In this document: one piece after another, positions 54,641 to 62,825 of the stretch
How positions within the stretch are numbered: the stretch's first letter is position 1
Layout: every line of letters begins with the position of its first letter
DNA from: Pyrodictiaceae archaeon
Lineage (GTDB): Archaea > Thermoproteota > Thermoprotei_A > Sulfolobales > WAQK01
Direction: 5' to 3'
Length of the DNA: 64,000 bases
Assembly (NCBI GenBank): GCA_015520265.1
Contig: WAQK01000025.1
Location: forward strand, 9,901 to 73,900
Notes under the pieces: model-generated
The model's database searches: none
Told to the model about the DNA's origin: nothing
Seen by the model: the letters and a program-made list of their open reading frames with translations, nothing else
Position numbers and translations under genes: made by a program

Positions 54641-55072
54641 ATGTCGACACTGAAGAAGATACTGGACGCCATAAATGAGTCGCTCAAGGAACGGGTTACG
54701 GCTAAGACCGTGATGCACACGCCGGTGATCACGCTTCACCCCGACGACACAGTATGCAGAGCCGTCAAACTCATGGACCACTACGGGATATCCCAGATAC
54801 CTGTAATAGACTACGAGGGCAGGCTTTTAGGCACGATATACGAAACATCGCTGCTCAAGCTCTTAGCACACAGCGACTCACCCAACCCCTGCGAAACCAA
54901 GATATCCGAGGTCATGGAGGACCCGCTACCAGTAGTGTCGCCATCGACCAGTATTTCAACCATAATCGCACTCCTAACGGAGCACCCGGCACTGCTTGTA
55001 ATTGAGAAGGGCGTTATACAGGGCATTATAACCAAGATCGACATAATCAGGATGAGATTGCTCCACGAATAA
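54641..55072 (+). CDS. CBS-pair protein whose XRE-type HTH domain is encoded in-frame upstream (54449-54640) without any ATG/GTG/TTG start
   Basis: Upstream in-frame translation reads ..[51 protein letters not shown]... An ATG at 54450 is in another frame and stops after 9 codons. Confidence 0.7.
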   Translation: MSTLKKILDAINESLKERVTAKTVMHTPVITLHPDDTVCRAVKLMDHYGISQIPVIDYEGRLLGTIYETSLLKLLAHSDSPNPCETKISEVMEDPLPVVSPSTSISTIIALLTEHPALLVIEKGVIQGIITKIDIIRMRLLHE

Positions 55073-55166
55073 ATGCCCCTTAAAAGATAAGGGCTCAGGT
55101 ATTACCTTAAAATCTCCATACGAAGCATCCTGCTTGATAGAACGCATCTTTCCATACTTGTCCCAC

Positions 55167-55186
55167 TCCACTGGAAGCCAAGGGGT
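55167..55186 (+). repeat. ORB-like element 1: TCCACTGGAAGCCAAGGGGT
   Basis: Exact 20-mer shared with 55485-55504. TCCA-C-TGGA dyad followed by a G-run. Confidence 0.8.
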
Positions 55187-55250
55187 TTAAAAAGCGAGGT
55201 TTATCATGCATGTGTGTAGAATCGGCGAGGCGCGACCGAGAACCCGGTAT

Positions 55251-55280
55251 AAGCCCCCACCCCATAGCTACCACTCTACA
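55251..55280 (-). repeat. Degenerate inverted ORB-like element
   Basis: Reverse complement is TGTAGAGTGGTAGCTATGGGGTGGGGGCTT. GGTAGCTATGGGGTGGGGG matches GGAAGCCAAGGGGTGGGGG of element 2 at 16 of 19 positions. Confidence 0.5.
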
Positions 55281-55484
55281 GGACTACATATACCATGGCC
55301 AGTCTCCCTCCATGTATGCAGATTAAGGAGTGACGCTAGTGGCAGTACCGTGGCAACGAATTAGCATCCTCCATCAATGAATAACCTTAACGGATTAGTG
55401 AACGAACACAATTATAGAAATCTATATATAGAGATCATTATACAAACCGACCGGCACAAACGCCATATCCAACATAAAACTAGT

Positions 55485-55509
55485 TCCACTGGAAGCCAAG
55501 GGGTGGGGG
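55485..55509 (+). repeat. ORB-like element 2: TCCACTGGAAGCCAAGGGGTGGGGG
   Basis: Exact 20-mer repeat of element 1 with an extended G-string. Followed by two half-sites TTCCACTAC / CTCCACTAC. Confidence 0.8.
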
Positions 55510-55571
55510 TTTCCACTACCTCTCCACTACACGTACTACTATACGTGTATACGGTTTATAGGACCCCTCTG

Positions 55572-55591
55572 CTTCCACTGGAAGCGGTGGG
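55572..55591 (+). repeat. ORB-like element 3: CTTCCACTGGAAGCGGTGGG
   Basis: Perfect 15-nt palindrome GCTTCCA-C-TGGAAGC (55571-55585) followed by GGTGGG. Confidence 0.7.
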
Positions 55592-55712
55592 CTCCATACG
55601 CAATGAGGGTTTGTGAATAGAGATTCACGTTTAATATATTTAATAATGTATATTTGATCAAGACAAACCCTGTCAGTGTGCGTGTCCCCGCTTACCCGGC
55701 CTATAGAACTAC

Positions 55713-57053
55713 TTAACGGTACCAGAACCACCAGCTGTGCTGTGGAGGTGTGGGCGGGTCTGTCTTCTCTTTGCCGTATCTCTCCAAGGGCTTTGTCAAG
55801 TGACCCATGGCGGAGGGTGCAGCTACATATATTCCTCTGCTGATGTCGCGTGAAATAGGGATCCTTTCTTTCCGCGCATGGGGATCTCTGTATCCGCATT
55901 TCCTGCATTTGAAGCCCTTACCTTTGCCCGCTGAAGTCATCCTAGCCCCGCACCGTGGACAGCGCGGGTTCACTAGCCTGTACGTTTCTGATAGTTCGAT
56001 TATTTCCAGCTTCTCTACGTTGAAGGTGACCCCTCGCGCGGATGATGCCGGTTTAACCACACCGCTTATCCTGATCCTGTCTCCTGGCACCAGTTTTCTA
56101 GCCACGCGTGGGAGTGTGCGTGTTGGCTCGTAGAAGGCAGCATCAATAGTTCCTGTATCGTCGGTTACGCGTAGGATCACATGCCCCTTTGGCAGGATCC
56201 TGGGAGAACTAGCCACAGTCACCTCGACGCTACCAGTGCGATATGGTTTGAGTTCTGCTACTTGTCTAGGCACATGATGTGCGTCTGTCGCCTGGTTGGA
56301 GCGATATATAATCCAGGCATCCAGAGGCTCGTCTATTTCTAGGAGTCCAAGGGCCCGGCGCAACACGCGGGGATCTTCACCCCTTATGCCGACGAGTATG
56401 GGGTCGAGCCCGCGGGGTGTTATGAGCACCCTATCCTCATCTTCGTCGTAGTTGTTGAAGGTGAAGGGCCTGGTTTCGGCATCCATCCTCTTCACGCTGC
56501 CAGGGTCTACTAGGCGGGGGGAACCCCAGCGTTCAGGGGACCTATACGCCAGGAGCTCGTAGGTGTAGTCCTCGTCCTCCAGCAGCGCCCCTAGCGCAGT
56601 CAGGGCGCCGACAATACCCCGTGCACCCCTGTACTCCCTGGGTACCAGCACTCCAAGCTTCTCCGCGTACCTGTACGCCAGGTCAGGTGTAACTAGGTCG
56701 GTTAGCGCCATCTTGTACATCGGCTGGAAAGCATGGGGATCAACATCTACTGCGAAAACCATTCCAGGCGAGCTTGTGGGATGCCGCGTGGCGCCCCTGT
56801 ACTCGGCGCTGGCCTGAACCAGCGCCTCCACAGCGTCTTCCACCCTTCCTTCGGGTAGTCTCACCCTGAGAACTACTGCAGCGTTACCCCTAGTTTTCCA
56901 GGGTATCCCAGGGTTTAGTCTCACCAGTAGCGGGTAGTCCTCAAAGACGGCACCCAGCTCAAAAAGAAGTTTTACGGCGATGGCCGCGAAATGTGTGGTG
57001 CAACCCCCCTCGGGGGAATCGTGATCATCTATACCTACGTGTAGCCTCCTCAT
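55713..57053 (-). CDS. tiaS: tRNA(Ile2) 2-agmatinylcytidine synthetase TiaS
   Basis: N-terminal HVGIDDHDSPEGGCTTHF and C-terminal zinc ribbon CPRCGARM..CRKCG. 446 aa. Confidence 0.85.
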   Translation of the reverse strand: MRRLHVGIDDHDSPEGGCTTHFAAIAVKLLFELGAVFEDYPLLVRLNPGIPWKTRGNAAVVLRVRLPEGRVEDAVEALVQASAEYRGATRHPTSSPGMVFAVDVDPHAFQPMYKMALTDLVTPDLAYRYAEKLGVLVPREYRGARGIVGALTALGALLEDEDYTYELLAYRSPERWGSPRLVDPGSVKRMDAETRPFTFNNYDEDEDRVLITPRGLDPILVGIRGEDPRVLRRALGLLEIDEPLDAWIIYRSNQATDAHHVPRQVAELKPYRTGSVEVTVASSPRILPKGHVILRVTDDTGTIDAAFYEPTRTLPRVARKLVPGDRIRISGVVKPASSARGVTFNVEKLEIIELSETYRLVNPRCPRCGARMTSAGKGKGFKCRKCGYRDPHARKERIPISRDISRGIYVAAPSAMGHLTKPLERYGKEKTDPPTPPQHSWWFWYR

Positions 57054-57310
57054 TTGCCGAACTCCTTGCCCTCTACAACTATCATGGTGAGCGTGGACCT
57101 CACACGGTCGAGCTTCCTTATCTTGTTGGCGACGATCTCCTTGAGGCTGTCCATGTTTTCTGCCTCAAGCTTGGCCACTATATCGTAGACGCCGTACACT
57201 ATGTAGGCCTCCTTAACGCCCTCTATCTTTGACAGTTGCTCGAACACGTCCTGCTCCGTCCCTATCTCGGTGTTTATCAATACTATGGCTGTGGGCAAAG
57301 ATCCCACCAA
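57050..57310 (-). CDS. Stand-alone Lrp/AsnC-type RAM (ligand-binding) domain protein
   Basis: AIVLINTEIGTEQDVFEQLSKIEGVKEAYIVYGVYDIVAKLEA is a typical RAM fold pattern. ATGA-type overlap with tiaS. Confidence 0.7.
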   Translation of the reverse strand: MVGSLPTAIVLINTEIGTEQDVFEQLSKIEGVKEAYIVYGVYDIVAKLEAENMDSLKEIVANKIRKLDRVRSTLTMIVVEGKEFGK

Positions 57311-57358
57311 CCTCTAATTAACCCGTAATGGGATAAAGCTGTTTCGGGACACCGAAAA

Positions 57359-57883
57359 GTGGGAGAGGCGCCCAGAGTCCTCGTGTTACACTACCGGCAG
57401 GATGACCCCTCTAAATGTACGGCCGAGAAAATGATCCGCATGGGCCTAGCCTTAGCGGCTCATGAAAGGAGGCTTCCCCGCGGTGTAGTTGTCCTGAACC
57501 CTTTCTCCCCGATAAGGCTCTCGCCCAGCGACAGACCCAATATGCTAAAGGCAGGCCTACTGGTGGTCGACGCCTCCTGGAAGAAGGCCCAACAGGTCTT
57601 TAAGAGGATAGGGAGGAGAGGCCTCCACAGGAGCCTCCCTTACCTCGTCGCAGCCAATCCCGTGAACTACGGACAGCCCCGCATGCTCAGTAGCCTCGAG
57701 GCGATCGTAGCAGCCCTTTACATAACCGGGTTCAGGGAGGCGGCTGAACGCTACGCGTCCATATACAAGTGGGGGCCCCATTTCATAGAACTCAACAGGG
57801 AGCCGCTAGAAGAGTACTCCAAGGCTCGGGGGCCTGAGGAGATCCGTGAAAAGGAGAAACTCTTCGAGCCGAGCCCATTATAA
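57359..57883 (+). CDS. tsr3: 16S rRNA aminocarboxypropyltransferase Tsr3 (DUF367)
   Basis: GTG start. HYRQDDPSKCTAEKM, VVDASW and VAANPVNYG motifs. Confidence 0.8.
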   Translation: MGEAPRVLVLHYRQDDPSKCTAEKMIRMGLALAAHERRLPRGVVVLNPFSPIRLSPSDRPNMLKAGLLVVDASWKKAQQVFKRIGRRGLHRSLPYLVAANPVNYGQPRMLSSLEAIVAALYITGFREAAERYASIYKWGPHFIELNREPLEEYSKARGPEEIREKEKLFEPSPL

Positions 57884-57907
57884 GCCCCGTGGCTAGATAT
57901 ATACTTC

Positions 57908-58229
57908 GGCCGGTCCCGGCTGGCGGCCACGGGCCTAAGGGCCCGAGGAAACTCCGCCCTCCCCGCGGCACCGGGGCCCCGCAAGGGGCGCGGGGAAACC
58001 CGCGGCAACGGCACAGAAACGACACGGCCACCGCCGGATGACCGTGAGGCGGCGAGGGCTTCCCGGCGACGGGGAGCCAGGCAACCCGCTGAGAACGGTG
58101 GTGGATGCGTTGAAACGGCCGTCCCCCGGGGAGCAAGGCCTCCGCCGCTGAGGCGCCGCGCGAGGCGGGGGGAACCGCTCAGCCAAATGCCGCCGCAGTA
58201 CAGAAGGCGGGTTATAGCCGGGACCGGCC
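57908..58229 (+). ncRNA. rnpB: RNase P RNA (archaeal type A-like)
   Basis: 13-bp P1 helix: GGCCGGTCCCGGC (57908-20) pairs with GCCGGGACCGGCC (58217-29). P4/CR-I-like GAGGAAACTCCG and CR-V-like AGTACAGAAGGCGGGTTATAG. Very GC-rich. Only spurious Pro/Arg/Gly-rich ORFs overlap it. Confidence 0.85.
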
Positions 58230-58249
58230 GCCAAGCTGCTGGGAGCATA

Positions 58250-58744
58250 ATGGCTAATATACCTCCCAAATCTAAACAGGGTGCGGCGAGAAGAATGAGT
58301 CTAACAACGGCTACCCGGAAATTGCTGGACGAGCTGAGCTCTCTGCTCAGCAGGCGCGTCGTTGTGCGGCTCTCCAATGGTAAGACCTATGAGGGTGTTC
58401 TGGCAGGCTTCGACCACCCTTCCCTGAACCTCGCGTTGACCGATGTAACCGATGAGAAGGGTGACAAGTACCCCAAAGTCATCGTGAAGGGCACAGTTGT
58501 GTCCGAGATAGTCGCTAAGGAGCTACCCCTCTTCGATCCCCGCGAGTTCGCCGAGTATGTGGTTAAGAAGCTCAACCTGCACCCCGGAGACGCTAAGGCC
58601 TATACGGATGCTGGCATAGTGGTCGTGCTCGGCAACATCAGGGTCTCCGAGCAGGGTGTCGAGGGGAGCGGGCCTCTCGCCAACAAGGTTCACAGCCTCT
58701 GGCAGGAATACATCTCGGAGAGGCAGAAGTCCCGGGGAGCGTAG
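58250..58744 (+). CDS. Sm-like archaeal protein with C-terminal extension (SmAP3-like)
   Basis: Start set at ATG 58250, 20 nt after the RNase P RNA. Sm1/Sm2-like VVVRLSNGKTYEGVLAGFDHPSLNLALTDV..VIVKGTVVSEI. 164 aa. Confidence 0.75.
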   Translation: MANIPPKSKQGAARRMSLTTATRKLLDELSSLLSRRVVVRLSNGKTYEGVLAGFDHPSLNLALTDVTDEKGDKYPKVIVKGTVVSEIVAKELPLFDPREFAEYVVKKLNLHPGDAKAYTDAGIVVVLGNIRVSEQGVEGSGPLANKVHSLWQEYISERQKSRGA

Positions 58745-58747
58745 CGC

Positions 58748-60313
58748 ATGTTCCAGGTCAGGGATAAAGATCTGGCCGGACGCATAGGTAGGCTGGAAAC
58801 CCCCCACGGCACCCTTGAAACACCAGTACTTTTTCCCGTCGTCAACCCCAGAAAGCAGGAAGTCCCTCTAGATGAGGTTAAAAGGGCCGGGTTCCGGGGA
58901 GTTATAACGAACGCCTACCTGATCAAGAAGTACTACGGCAAGGAAGCGGAGGAGGAGGGGGTTCATGGGATCCTGGGCTTCGACGGCGTCGTCATGACCG
59001 ATTCTGGCGCCTACCAGATACTCCAGTACGGCAGAATAGAGGCCGATCCCCGCGAAATAGTAGAATATCAGGAGGCCATAGGCTCCGACATAGCGGTGAT
59101 CCTAGACATACCCACCGGGGCAGCCTCAACCCGGGAAGAAGCCGAATATACTGTGGAGGAGACGCTTAGACGGGCTAGGCTATCGGCCAGGATGTTCAGT
59201 GCCGAGGAGAGGATATGGGTGTTGCCGATTCAGGGCGGCGTCTACCTGGACCTCGTGGAAAGGAGCGCGAAGGAGGCGTCGAGGATCGAGGGCTACAGGA
59301 TGTACGCCATAGGTAGCCCGACGCCCCTCATGGAGCACTACGAGTTCGACAGGCTGCTAGAAATAGTCTACACGGCTAAGCGGCACCTACCTCCCTCTAA
59401 GCCTGTCCACCTGTTCGGAGCCGGTCATCCCATGTTGATACCCATAACGGTCGCCATGGGGATAGACAGCTTTGACTCGGCGTCCTACATACTCTACGCC
59501 CGGGATGAAAGATACCTCACGAGGTCCGGCACCCTCCGCCTCAAGAACATGGAGTACTTCCCCTGCAGCTGCCCCGTCTGCTCCAAATACACGCCTCAGG
59601 AGCTACGCGAGATGCCTCGCAACGAGAGGGTAAAGCTGCTCGCCATCCACAACCTGTACGTAATATCCAGGATACTCAGGGAAACCAAGCAGGCCATAAA
59701 GGAGGGCCGCCTCTGGGAACTAGTCGAGGAGACGAGCAGGGCACACCCCTCCCTTTACAAAGCTTTCCAGGTCTTCGCCTCTAAGGGTGAGTGGCTCGAA
59801 CTATACGACCCGAGGACCAAGGGCGTGGTCCGAGGGATATTCCTATACGACGAGCTGTCCCTCAACAGGCCTGAACTCGTACGCCATAGAAGGTTTGTGG
59901 AGAAACACTACCAGCCTCCCCCTGCTGAGACCCTCGTGCTGTTGCCAGGGGATCCCCGGGACAAGCCCTACACGCAGTCAAGGATCTACCGGAAAGCCAG
60001 GAAGAGGTGGGGCGACGATGCCCACTACGTGTTCTACACACCCTTCTACGGAATTGTCCCTGAGGAACTTGCGTTGACCTATCCCTACTCCCAGTTTGAG
60101 GCACCCGTGAACCCGGCCAAGACCGTTCTCGTAGAAATGTGGAGTTCCTTGAAAAAGTTCCTGAAAAGACACGGAGAACTCTACACTCGCGTGGTTTTTG
60201 TCTATACGCAGGAACCTAGCTGGTCATTATGGACTATGAGGAGGGTGACACGGGCTCGGAGCGTCTTCTCACATCTAGAGTTGGCCGAGATAACACTAGA
60301 TCACGACTCATAG
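58748..60313 (+). CDS. tgtA: Archaeosine tRNA-guanine transglycosylase, short form lacking a C-terminal PUA domain
   Basis: GRLETPHGTLETPVLFPVVNP, VMTDSGAYQ and zinc site CSCPVCSKY. 521 aa. Confidence 0.85.
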   Translation: MFQVRDKDLAGRIGRLETPHGTLETPVLFPVVNPRKQEVPLDEVKRAGFRGVITNAYLIKKYYGKEAEEEGVHGILGFDGVVMTDSGAYQILQYGRIEADPREIVEYQEAIGSDIAVILDIPTGAASTREEAEYTVEETLRRARLSARMFSAEERIWVLPIQGGVYLDLVERSAKEASRIEGYRMYAIGSPTPLMEHYEFDRLLEIVYTAKRHLPPSKPVHLFGAGHPMLIPITVAMGIDSFDSASYILYARDERYLTRSGTLRLKNMEYFPCSCPVCSKYTPQELREMPRNERVKLLAIHNLYVISRILRETKQAIKEGRLWELVEETSRAHPSLYKAFQVFASKGEWLELYDPRTKGVVRGIFLYDELSLNRPELVRHRRFVEKHYQPPPAETLVLLPGDPRDKPYTQSRIYRKARKRWGDDAHYVFYTPFYGIVPEELALTYPYSQFEAPVNPAKTVLVEMWSSLKKFLKRHGELYTRVVFVYTQEPSWSLWTMRRVTRARSVFSHLELAEITLDHDS

Positions 60314-60315
60314 CA

Positions 60316-61041
60316 CTACATGTAGAGGTCCTTACCCACAGTCCTCTTAGTTTCCTCAAGCTTGGAGAGCTTCTCTAGTTCCTCCTCAAACTTGCGCGCT
60401 TCCTCGTAGAGTTCAGAGGCGTCTATTTTGAGTCCTATGAGCTGGCCCACCTTCTCCACAGCCACGGCTGCCGCGTAGGGATCGTACCTCATGGCTTCGG
60501 CGTAGGGTAGTACTGCTAGTGCTGGCAGGCCCTTGAGTTCAGAGTACATGAGGAGAAGCGCAAGAGGACCTATGATGAGGAGCCATTTGTCCATGAGAGG
60601 TTCGCCGAGCTTTTCAGCATAGTGGCTATTGGCCAGCCACCGCATCTTCTCCTCGCCGCTCTTAAGCTTCTTGTCCAGACCTCCGATCAGTATCGCTTCA
60701 GTTATGCCCACCTTCTTCATCCATTCAACCAGAACCTCAGCGAATACTCTCCGGTCCCTGGGGTCGGGGAGGTCGTGGTTCACCACAACCACCAGCTTGG
60801 GATTCTCTCTGTAGAATATCTCGAAGGGAAATGCTAGGCCATAGTCGTCGCGGAATGCGAATTCCGGCATGTACTTGGTGAGTATCACGCCCACACGCTC
60901 CATACCCAGCTTAGAAGCTATGTATCTGGTGGCTATGTAGCCCGTGGCGCCAAACCCCTTGAACCCTGTGACCAGCCGGGCTCCCTGGAAGGCTGCCTCG
61001 TCGAAGCCCTCCTTCAGCACTATCTCGACTCTCCTGGGCAC
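60316..61041 (-). CDS. PAC2-family protein (proteasome assembly chaperone PbaA/B-like) ending in an Hb-Y-X tripeptide
   Basis: LVTGFKGFGATGYIATRYI is PAC2-like. C-terminus is ..GKDLYM. Confidence 0.65.
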   Translation of the reverse strand: MPRRVEIVLKEGFDEAAFQGARLVTGFKGFGATGYIATRYIASKLGMERVGVILTKYMPEFAFRDDYGLAFPFEIFYRENPKLVVVVNHDLPDPRDRRVFAEVLVEWMKKVGITEAILIGGLDKKLKSGEEKMRWLANSHYAEKLGEPLMDKWLLIIGPLALLLMYSELKGLPALAVLPYAEAMRYDPYAAAVAVEKVGQLIGLKIDASELYEEARKFEEELEKLSKLEETKRTVGKDLYM

Positions 61042-61526
61042 TAGTCTTCAACCCCCTTTCGAACCCTTACAACTTCGCCGCTCTTAAAATATGGTATCTC
61101 GACGCCCGAGAACCGGGCCTTACCGACTGCGAGTAATCTGTCCTGCTCGTCCACCACGAGGACCTCATCGCCGGGCCTTATGCCTGGATCCGCTCTGACC
61201 ACGTGTTTGGCGAAGGCATTGCGCCCCCGAGCTATATACTCCGCGACGCTCGTATCCACGTAGACTCTGAGCCTGGGTTCCGGCATGCCCCGGTGGAGGA
61301 GCCTAGCCCCCTCTATGCTGAGCGAATACAGCCCGTCCTGGGCCCTAAGCGTGGCGATGATCTTTCCCTCTAAGAGGAGGCTTCTTATGCGTAGAGTGTT
61401 GGGGGAAACTGAGACGAGAACGTTATCGGGTATGAGGAGCCTGCCAGCCGGAGGGCCGAACTGGTAATCAGCTATGACCCTTAGGCTGGCAAGCTCCTTG
61501 ACGGTGGGTCTTCGGAGCCTCAACAC
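61041..61526 (-). CDS. Stand-alone pre-PUA/PUA domain protein
   Basis: IRPGDEVLVVDEQDRLLAVGKARFSG..GEVVRVRKG is a PUA pattern. 161 aa. Confidence 0.75.
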   Translation of the reverse strand: MLRLRRPTVKELASLRVIADYQFGPPAGRLLIPDNVLVSVSPNTLRIRSLLLEGKIIATLRAQDGLYSLSIEGARLLHRGMPEPRLRVYVDTSVAEYIARGRNAFAKHVVRADPGIRPGDEVLVVDEQDRLLAVGKARFSGVEIPYFKSGEVVRVRKGVED

Positions 61527-61537
61527 GTTGACCCGGG

Positions 61538-62716
61538 CTAGATCTGGAGGGTGACCCCCTTATCAACAATATCTTTCCGCCTCTTCTTTAGCACCTTCTC
61601 TATAGCATCGAGGAAATCCTTCATTGCGACCACATCTCTTCCCTTCCTAATGGCATTATATCCTGCCTCGACGCAGATTACTTTTATGTCGGCGCCAGTA
61701 GCACCCTCGGTCATCCTGGCCAGCCTCTCCAGGTCCACGTCGTCTGCCAGCGGCATCTTCCTGGTGTGGATCTTGAATATCTCAACCCTTCCACTATAGT
61801 CGGGAGGCGGGACGTAGATGAGTCTGTCGAACCTGCCGGGCCTCAGGAGGGCCGGGTCCAGTATGTCTATCCTGTTGGTGGCTGCTATGATCTTCACATC
61901 GCCCAGCGGGTCGAAGCCGTCTAGTTCGGCCAAGAGCTGCATAAGGGTACGCTGAACCTCCCTTTCACCGCTAGTCCCTATGTCGAGCCTCTTGGCTGCT
62001 ATAGCGTCGATCTCGTCGATGAATATTATGCTGGGAGCCTTCTTCTTGGCGTACTCGAAGACTTCTCTGACCAGCCTGGCACCCTCACCGATGAACTTCT
62101 GCACAAACTCCGACGCAACCACCCGGATAAAGGTGGCGTTGGTCTCGCCAGCCACAGCCTTGGCTAAGAGCGTTTTACCGCAGCCGGGCGGCCCATAGAG
62201 TAGCACGCCCTTCGGCGGCTCTATGCCTATCTTTCTGAAAAGCTCAGGGTTCTTGAGGGGTAATTCTACCGCTTCTCTGAGTTCCCTTATCTGCTGGTCT
62301 AGCCCGCCCACGTCGGAGTATCTGACCTTAGGCCTCTCTATAACCTCCATGCTGTGCACGTGCGGATCCTCGCGCTGGGGCAGGATCTCCACTATAGTTG
62401 AGCCCCTCTGGTTTAAGGCCACGTTCATCCCTGGCCGTAGCTTCGACTGGTCTATCTTGTTACTAATAGTTACAATGAGGTTCGGACCCGTGGAGCTCTT
62501 CACTATGGCCCGCCCGTCGCCGAGGACCTCTAAGACCACGGCCTCTATGAGAGGCGGCGCCAGAAGCTTCTCCACCTCGCTTTTATAGTACCTCAGCTCG
62601 CTCTTCAGCGTGGTTCTTTCGGCCTCCAGCTCCCTGAGCCGCTGTTCCAGGTATTTTATGTATTCTAGAAGTGAGTCGTAATCCATCGAGTCTCTGCTGT
62701 TATCTATTGCTGCCAT
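61538..62716 (-). CDS. pan: Proteasome-activating nucleotidase (PAN, AAA+ ATPase)
   Basis: N-terminal coiled coil, Walker [16 protein letters not shown], Walker [33 protein letters not shown]. Confidence 0.9.
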   Translation of the reverse strand: MAAIDNSRDSMDYDSLLEYIKYLEQRLRELEAERTTLKSELRYYKSEVEKLLAPPLIEAVVLEVLGDGRAIVKSSTGPNLIVTISNKIDQSKLRPGMNVALNQRGSTIVEILPQREDPHVHSMEVIERPKVRYSDVGGLDQQIRELREAVELPLKNPELFRKIGIEPPKGVLLYGPPGCGKTLLAKAVAGETNATFIRVVASEFVQKFIGEGARLVREVFEYAKKKAPSIIFIDEIDAIAAKRLDIGTSGEREVQRTLMQLLAELDGFDPLGDVKIIAATNRIDILDPALLRPGRFDRLIYVPPPDYSGRVEIFKIHTRKMPLADDVDLERLARMTEGATGADIKVICVEAGYNAIRKGRDVVAMKDFLDAIEKVLKKRRKDIVDKGVTLQI

Positions 62717-62825
62717 GCCAGACCCCTATCAAATTACTTGGGGACAGGCAACCTAAATAACGGTTTTCAGTCATTCACTCGGCAAAAGATTATCAAGGGC
62801 CGGGACCCGGATAACTTCCACGGGC

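Larger units (their letters stand above)
55160..55600. other. Candidate chromosomal replication origin (ORB-like repeats plus AT-rich core)
   Basis: See the repeat features below. The 640-bp gap lies between two convergent 3' ends. AT-rich core at 55377-55445. Confidence 0.55.

Noticed and set aside
55167-55591. The three TCCACTGGAAGC-type repeats could be read as a tiny or degenerate CRISPR array.
   Set aside because: There are only three direct copies. Spacing is irregular (318 and about 88 bp) and the repeat ends differ. No cas genes or leader are nearby. The dyad plus G-string architecture fits ORB elements better.
55377-55616. 79-aa plus-strand ORF (and the 54974..55171 and 55516..55908 minus-strand ORFs) inside the convergent intergenic gap.
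   Set aside because: They run across the AT-rich core and the repeat elements. Composition is odd and low-complexity, and no promoter logic fits. They are treated as chance ORFs.
57751-58377. 208-aa minus-strand ORF, nested ORFs (57792..58136, 57935..58234), and the 5' part of the plus-strand ORF 58187..58744.
   Set aside because: They overlap the RNase P RNA gene. Their translations are Pro/Arg/Gly/Ala-rich, typical of spurious frames in very GC-rich structured-RNA DNA.
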